A stretch of 39,993 nt of DNA from Calcarisporiella thermophila CBS 279.70. Taxonomy: Eukaryota; Fungi; Calcarisporiellomycota. The position numbers and the translations under genes are program-made. A model generated the notes under the pieces. The model saw only the letters and a program-made list of their open reading frames with translations, was not told the DNA's origin and searched no databases. How positions within the stretch are numbered: the stretch's first letter is position 1; each line of letters starts with the position of its first letter. The DNA is taken from assembly GCF_041956535.1 (NCBI RefSeq), contig NW_027192205.1, positions 266,468 to 306,460 on the forward strand. Direction: 5' to 3'. Below are positions 35,776 through 39,993 of the stretch, piece by piece.

Positions 35776-37323
35776 TTATCCTCGAGTATATCGTCGCCGT
35801 CCGCTTTCTACAACGGGTGGCTGAGGCGTGCCGGGAGTATCCTTGGGCGTGCTCATCAACGGGAGCCTGCGCCTAGCCACTTCCACCACCACCTGTCGCT
35901 TCTCCAGATTCTCGCGGCAGCCATCGCCACAGAACCAAGGCTCATCGCCCTCCACGACTTCATCGGGAATCCTCCCTGAGGGGCAGCATGATTGGTGGAA
36001 TGCCCTTGGGCAGCCTTCGCACCTCACAAGCACATCGCCCTCCCAGGATTCGCGTTTATGGCAAGCGTAGCAGAAGAGTTGGAGCACGGGTCGCTCGCGG
36101 TCATGGATATTCTCGTGGGTAAATTCGGTCAGATCAAGCCGGGGGAGCTTGCAGACGAAGCCGTAGCCCTTGTAGTCGCATCCGTGTTTATTGCAGAGGG
36201 TCCGCTTTCCCCACGGCCCGGGGCGCCAATTGACCCCCTCCGTGGTTCCACAGTATCGGCACCAGTCTCGCTTCTCTCGTGTGAGCTCGGAGTAGAGGGT
36301 GTTGGGCAGTTTGGTAGGGCGCGGGGGAACTTTCCTACGGGAATCGACCCTGATCGGGACCGACTCCGGGCTCGAAGAAGGAGGATGGTTGTAAACGGGA
36401 AGAAGGGATGGAACTGTCCTGACCACATTTGCGTCCTCCTTTTCGGGCTGGCTTGCTTCAGCGTCTTCCGATTCCGCTTCTTCATCCTCGTCGTCCTCCT
36501 CCTCTTCTTCTGCATCAGCCTCCTGCTCACTCTCTGATTCTAAACTCTCCAGGTGAAGCTCGCCGACGCTGGCCGAACCTACCACACTGTTATTCGCAGC
36601 CCGTTGTTAGGATCAATGGATGCCAGGAGCTTTAGACGGGTTGATCGCTTACCTTAGGCCTTCATCTTCGCCCGGCACCGTCCAAGCGGTATCACTTGGA
36701 AGCAGGTGGGCATCGAACGTCAACTCATCCAAGTACTCTTCTTCCACCGATTTACCGAAAACCTCCGATTCCTCGCTCAGCTTTACTGGATTCAACGAGG
36801 CCTCCGCTTCACCATCCGTTCGCCGCCGTTTGCTCTCCGAGTCGGACCAGTCCTCCATCGACCTCTTCTCGGCCCGCACGGCGTTCTCCAAAAACTCGAA
36901 CATGTACATGTCGGGGGCCTCGTCGGGAGAGTAGGGCGGGGAGAGGGAAAGATTCTCCGTGCCACTCTCGCTGTTGTCCGTCTCCTCGGTGGCAAATGTG
37001 GCGGGAGTAAAGAACTCTCGATCGGCGCTCGGCGGAGGGGTGAAGAAGACGTCGTTCAGCAGGGTCTCTGTGTCGCGGAGGGGCTGGCAGGCAAATGTGA
37101 TGGTGGAGTTGGAGAGCGTGTGGTGGATGGGGGAGGAGCTGGGGAGCGAGAGGTGCGGGGGGAGCCCGAAATTCGGGACGTAGGCTTGTGAGCGCAATGG
37201 CGAGAATGCAGGTTGGGCAGGGTAGAAGGGGGAGACAAGGTGCGGCGGGTACATGGGGGAGCGGCCATGCTGGTCCCGGGAGGGCGCAGCATAAGCCGGT
37301 AACCAGTGGGTAGCAATGACCAT
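35776..37323 (-). CDS. GATA-like zinc finger plus PHD finger nuclear protein, 2 exons
   Basis: Intron 36652-36587 joins the two ORFs. CRYC-x18-CNKH with WRPGPWG (GATA-like). PHD CYAC...CEGCPRAFHQSC...WFCGDGC. Acidic tract and KRRR NLS-like motif. Confidence 0.88.
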
Positions 37324-38905
37324 GGCGAATCTTGCGCGCTAGACCAGGCGTGTGGGGGATGGCAGTGGGAGCGCAAGTGGGGGAAGTCGAGCTGGGGGGA
37401 GTTCAAGCGGGGGGATAGGCGGCGGGTTGCAAAATGAGAAATGGCCAGAGGCGGAACAAAAAATAAGAGCAGCAAGGCTAGCAGCGGGGCGGGAGGAAGA
37501 AGCAGGGAAAGCGAAAACACATATTTAAATAGAGGCGAGGCGAGCAAGATAGGAAAAAGAGGAAATAACTCGAACCGGAGATGCTTTTTTTGCTGTGTTT
37601 TACACTTTCATTTACATAAATTTGAGGGGTGGTACAAAGTTTAACGAGACTCGTTGGTGGAATCATATCTGACCTTGTGCGCGTCATTTATTTGCGAGAA
37701 TGAAAATGAAGCGGAATAAAACCTCTTTGGCCAAATACCCAGACCACCTTATTAATAAATTAGGCTTCCCCTCCCCCTGTGAAGTGGCCACTTTTTCCGG
37801 TCTCACCTTGGGCCGTCCCTCGCCCTCCTCCTCCTCCTCCTCCTCCTCTCCTCGCCCCCACTCCCCCGCCCTGCGCTGCGGCGCCCGCCCTCGTGGCCCA
37901 GAGCCACGGCTCCAGCCGCCCATGCCCGCAGCGAGGCCCTTGAGCGCCGGCAATTATCAACAGAGCAAAACAAAACAAAACACTTGAAACGTGCCCATTA
38001 TGGCTGGTTGCTCCCCTGCTAACACAGACCGCTATGAAAGGTGGGCTGTTTATTTGAGCGCCCTTTGAAAAGAGCTGATTTCCAACCAGCAGGAGCTGTT
38101 GTCCAACCATTTCATCATGCCATCCACCGTGGTACAGCCGTGTAAGAGGATCCTTTCATTTAGGATCCACACGCTCTGCTCTCGAATTGGCCTCATACAC
38201 TATTTACCCTGTATACACGACACGGCGACTGAATCACTGCTGAGTGCTGGCTGCTACCTCTGTTTCGACCCTACGCTAAACCGCTTTCTCCAGACGCTCC
38301 CTAACCCCTCGCCCCCACACTCCGAACCGCAGGATTTGATCTCGACCCCAAGCCTATCTTGAGATGAAACCAGCTTGTGACAGTGTGACTGCATCATTGG
38401 TGATGAGGGGCGGATGATTTGTTGTCAACAAACAATCCGGTCTCGAAAGCGCTGTAAACAGCAGCTTGCATTAACTCATCCTGACGCCTATGGCCGTGGG
38501 CCCGTATACTTTGCGGCGTGGTGACGGGGCAACAAAGCGGAGGAGGGCACTGACGTTGCCCTCGGAAGTTTGTGTTTGGCTGCTCAAGGGACTTGACATA
38601 CATTGCACGAGTACCACGGCTCTCCTGCCATGGGCTCCTAAGGTCCACGGAGGAGAAGCTTTTTGGAAAAAAAAGGGGGTAACCGAGCTGAATACACCAA
38701 ACATCCAAACCCAAAAAATAAATAAGCTAAAATACTGATCATCGGCCTCCAATGGAGAAAAGCGCTGCGCAAATCTCTGCTTGGCCAATCTCCATAGGGC
38801 CCAGCAGATAAGCTATCAGCACCCTTTATTCGTACAGCTTACTCTAATCATGTACAGCGCGCTCTATCCAGAGAGCGAAAAAAAAATACAGGATGATACA
38901 CCTTA

Positions 38906-39572
38906 TCACTCCCATTCCCACTCGCGCACCACATGCACGGGTTTCTTTCCCTTCGGCTTGGAGCGAACACTCTTATAGTACTGCCGGAGTTCGTCCTTGG
39001 TCATTAGTCTATTGTCCCACTTGGACCAGCGCAGGTGTTTATGGTTGTGGTTCCCCGCAGTTTCCGCAGAAGGAGGGGCAAATTTAGAAATTCGCGAGAC
39101 AGGTTTCCTTCGTTGAGAGAGATAAGAAAAAAAAGAGAGAATCAATACCAAGCGCTCGTGGGGCCCCTATGGGACCCATCCAGATCAAGGTCGCTCACTT
39201 TTTTGTATTTTTTGTACTCTCCTGCGCCCAAACCTCGACCCATACCTGTCGCCACCCTCGCTTTTTGTCGGCACGAGTCATACTTGCCGGGCGCGAAGTT
39301 GGTTCCCAAAACCGCTCCATACATAGATTCCACCAGAAAAAGTTAAGCTCTAGATCCACAATGCGACGCCATTGCCGCGAGACGGCAGATGCAAGGCATA
39401 ATGTCTGTGGGGGGAGATAGACGAGAATGCGGAGAGAGAGCTCCAAGGGGAGCTTGGAGAGGAAATCAATGGTATCGGCCCGGTTTTCGTTTGCATCGCA
39501 ATCAATGTCGGACAAATCGTCGCCATCCAACGGATGGCTGAGAGAGAGGGTGAGCTGTTTTCTGCGTGGCAT
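38906..39572 (-). CDS. Small F-box protein (about 190 aa), 2 exons
   Basis: DFLSKLPLELSLRILVYLPPQTLCLASAVSRQWRRIVD...WWNLC is an F-box. Intron 39198-39108 (gtgagc...aag) joins it to a basic C-terminal ORF. Confidence 0.82.
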
Positions 39573-39993
39573 TGTGGGTGATCGAGAAGAGGGGAAAACG
39601 AGGGATACACCGCGAATAAGGGCACGTTCCTTTTGCGCTCGTTAAAATTTTTCGTATCTAAATACCTCTGTGACTGCCCAAAGGTATATCGGGGGTGGTC
39701 AAGCAAGAAAATCAATTTCACGCATCGAGAAAGAAGTCACGCATGGACTAGAAGAGATTAAATCACTGCGCAAATCATTTATGCCTTACTAGCAAAGCCT
39801 TTTTAGTTGATTTCGGTATCCCTAAAGCAAATACGAGGAAACTTTATTCGACTTGAAGGCACTCCATCCGATCAACATGATATGTCCACACTACATGTCC
39901 CAGTTCCTCTCGGTACCTCTCTCTTGCCAAAATAGTTACACCTAATATGCAATCCCTTCTCCCTATCCTCTTACAAGCCAGTGCATGTGCCTT

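Noticed and set aside
37684-38790. ORFs upstream of the GATA-PHD gene, including a (TCC)n tract
   Set aside because: Low-complexity promoter-like sequence with no supported protein.

Overview
Eukaryotic DNA, not prokaryotic. It has many short spliceosomal introns (mostly 55-150 nt) and a gene set that points to an intron-rich fungus, probably an early-diverging lineage such as Mucoromycota or Zoopagomycota (inference). Manual splicing gives about 17 protein-coding genes: Tudor-SN (SND1); an orphan coiled-coil protein; a CECR5/HDHD5-type HAD hydrolase divergent from an aldo-keto reductase; a 94-aa secreted two-repeat cysteine-rich peptide precursor; an HSP20; an orphan secreted protein; an UNC-93-like MFS transporter; a Pro/Gln-rich orphan; a divergent USP-like protein head-to-head with enolase-phosphatase E1 (UTR4/mtnC); a Ppk16/MARK-like kinase; an HSL-type alpha/beta hydrolase; two tandem velvet-like genes; a GATA-like+PHD protein; and an F-box protein. 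The three strongest leads are: (1) a tandem pair of minimal, very divergent velvet-fold genes that appear only after splicing, share intron positions and lack the canonical basic DNA-binding loop; (2) a putative dibasic-processed precursor of two 4-Cys peptides; (3) a hydrolase whose nucleophile motif reads GDDAG instead of GDSAG. No RNA genes, CRISPR arrays or intact mobile elements were recognised. All exon boundaries are manual predictions, and family calls rest on recalled motifs rather than database searches.
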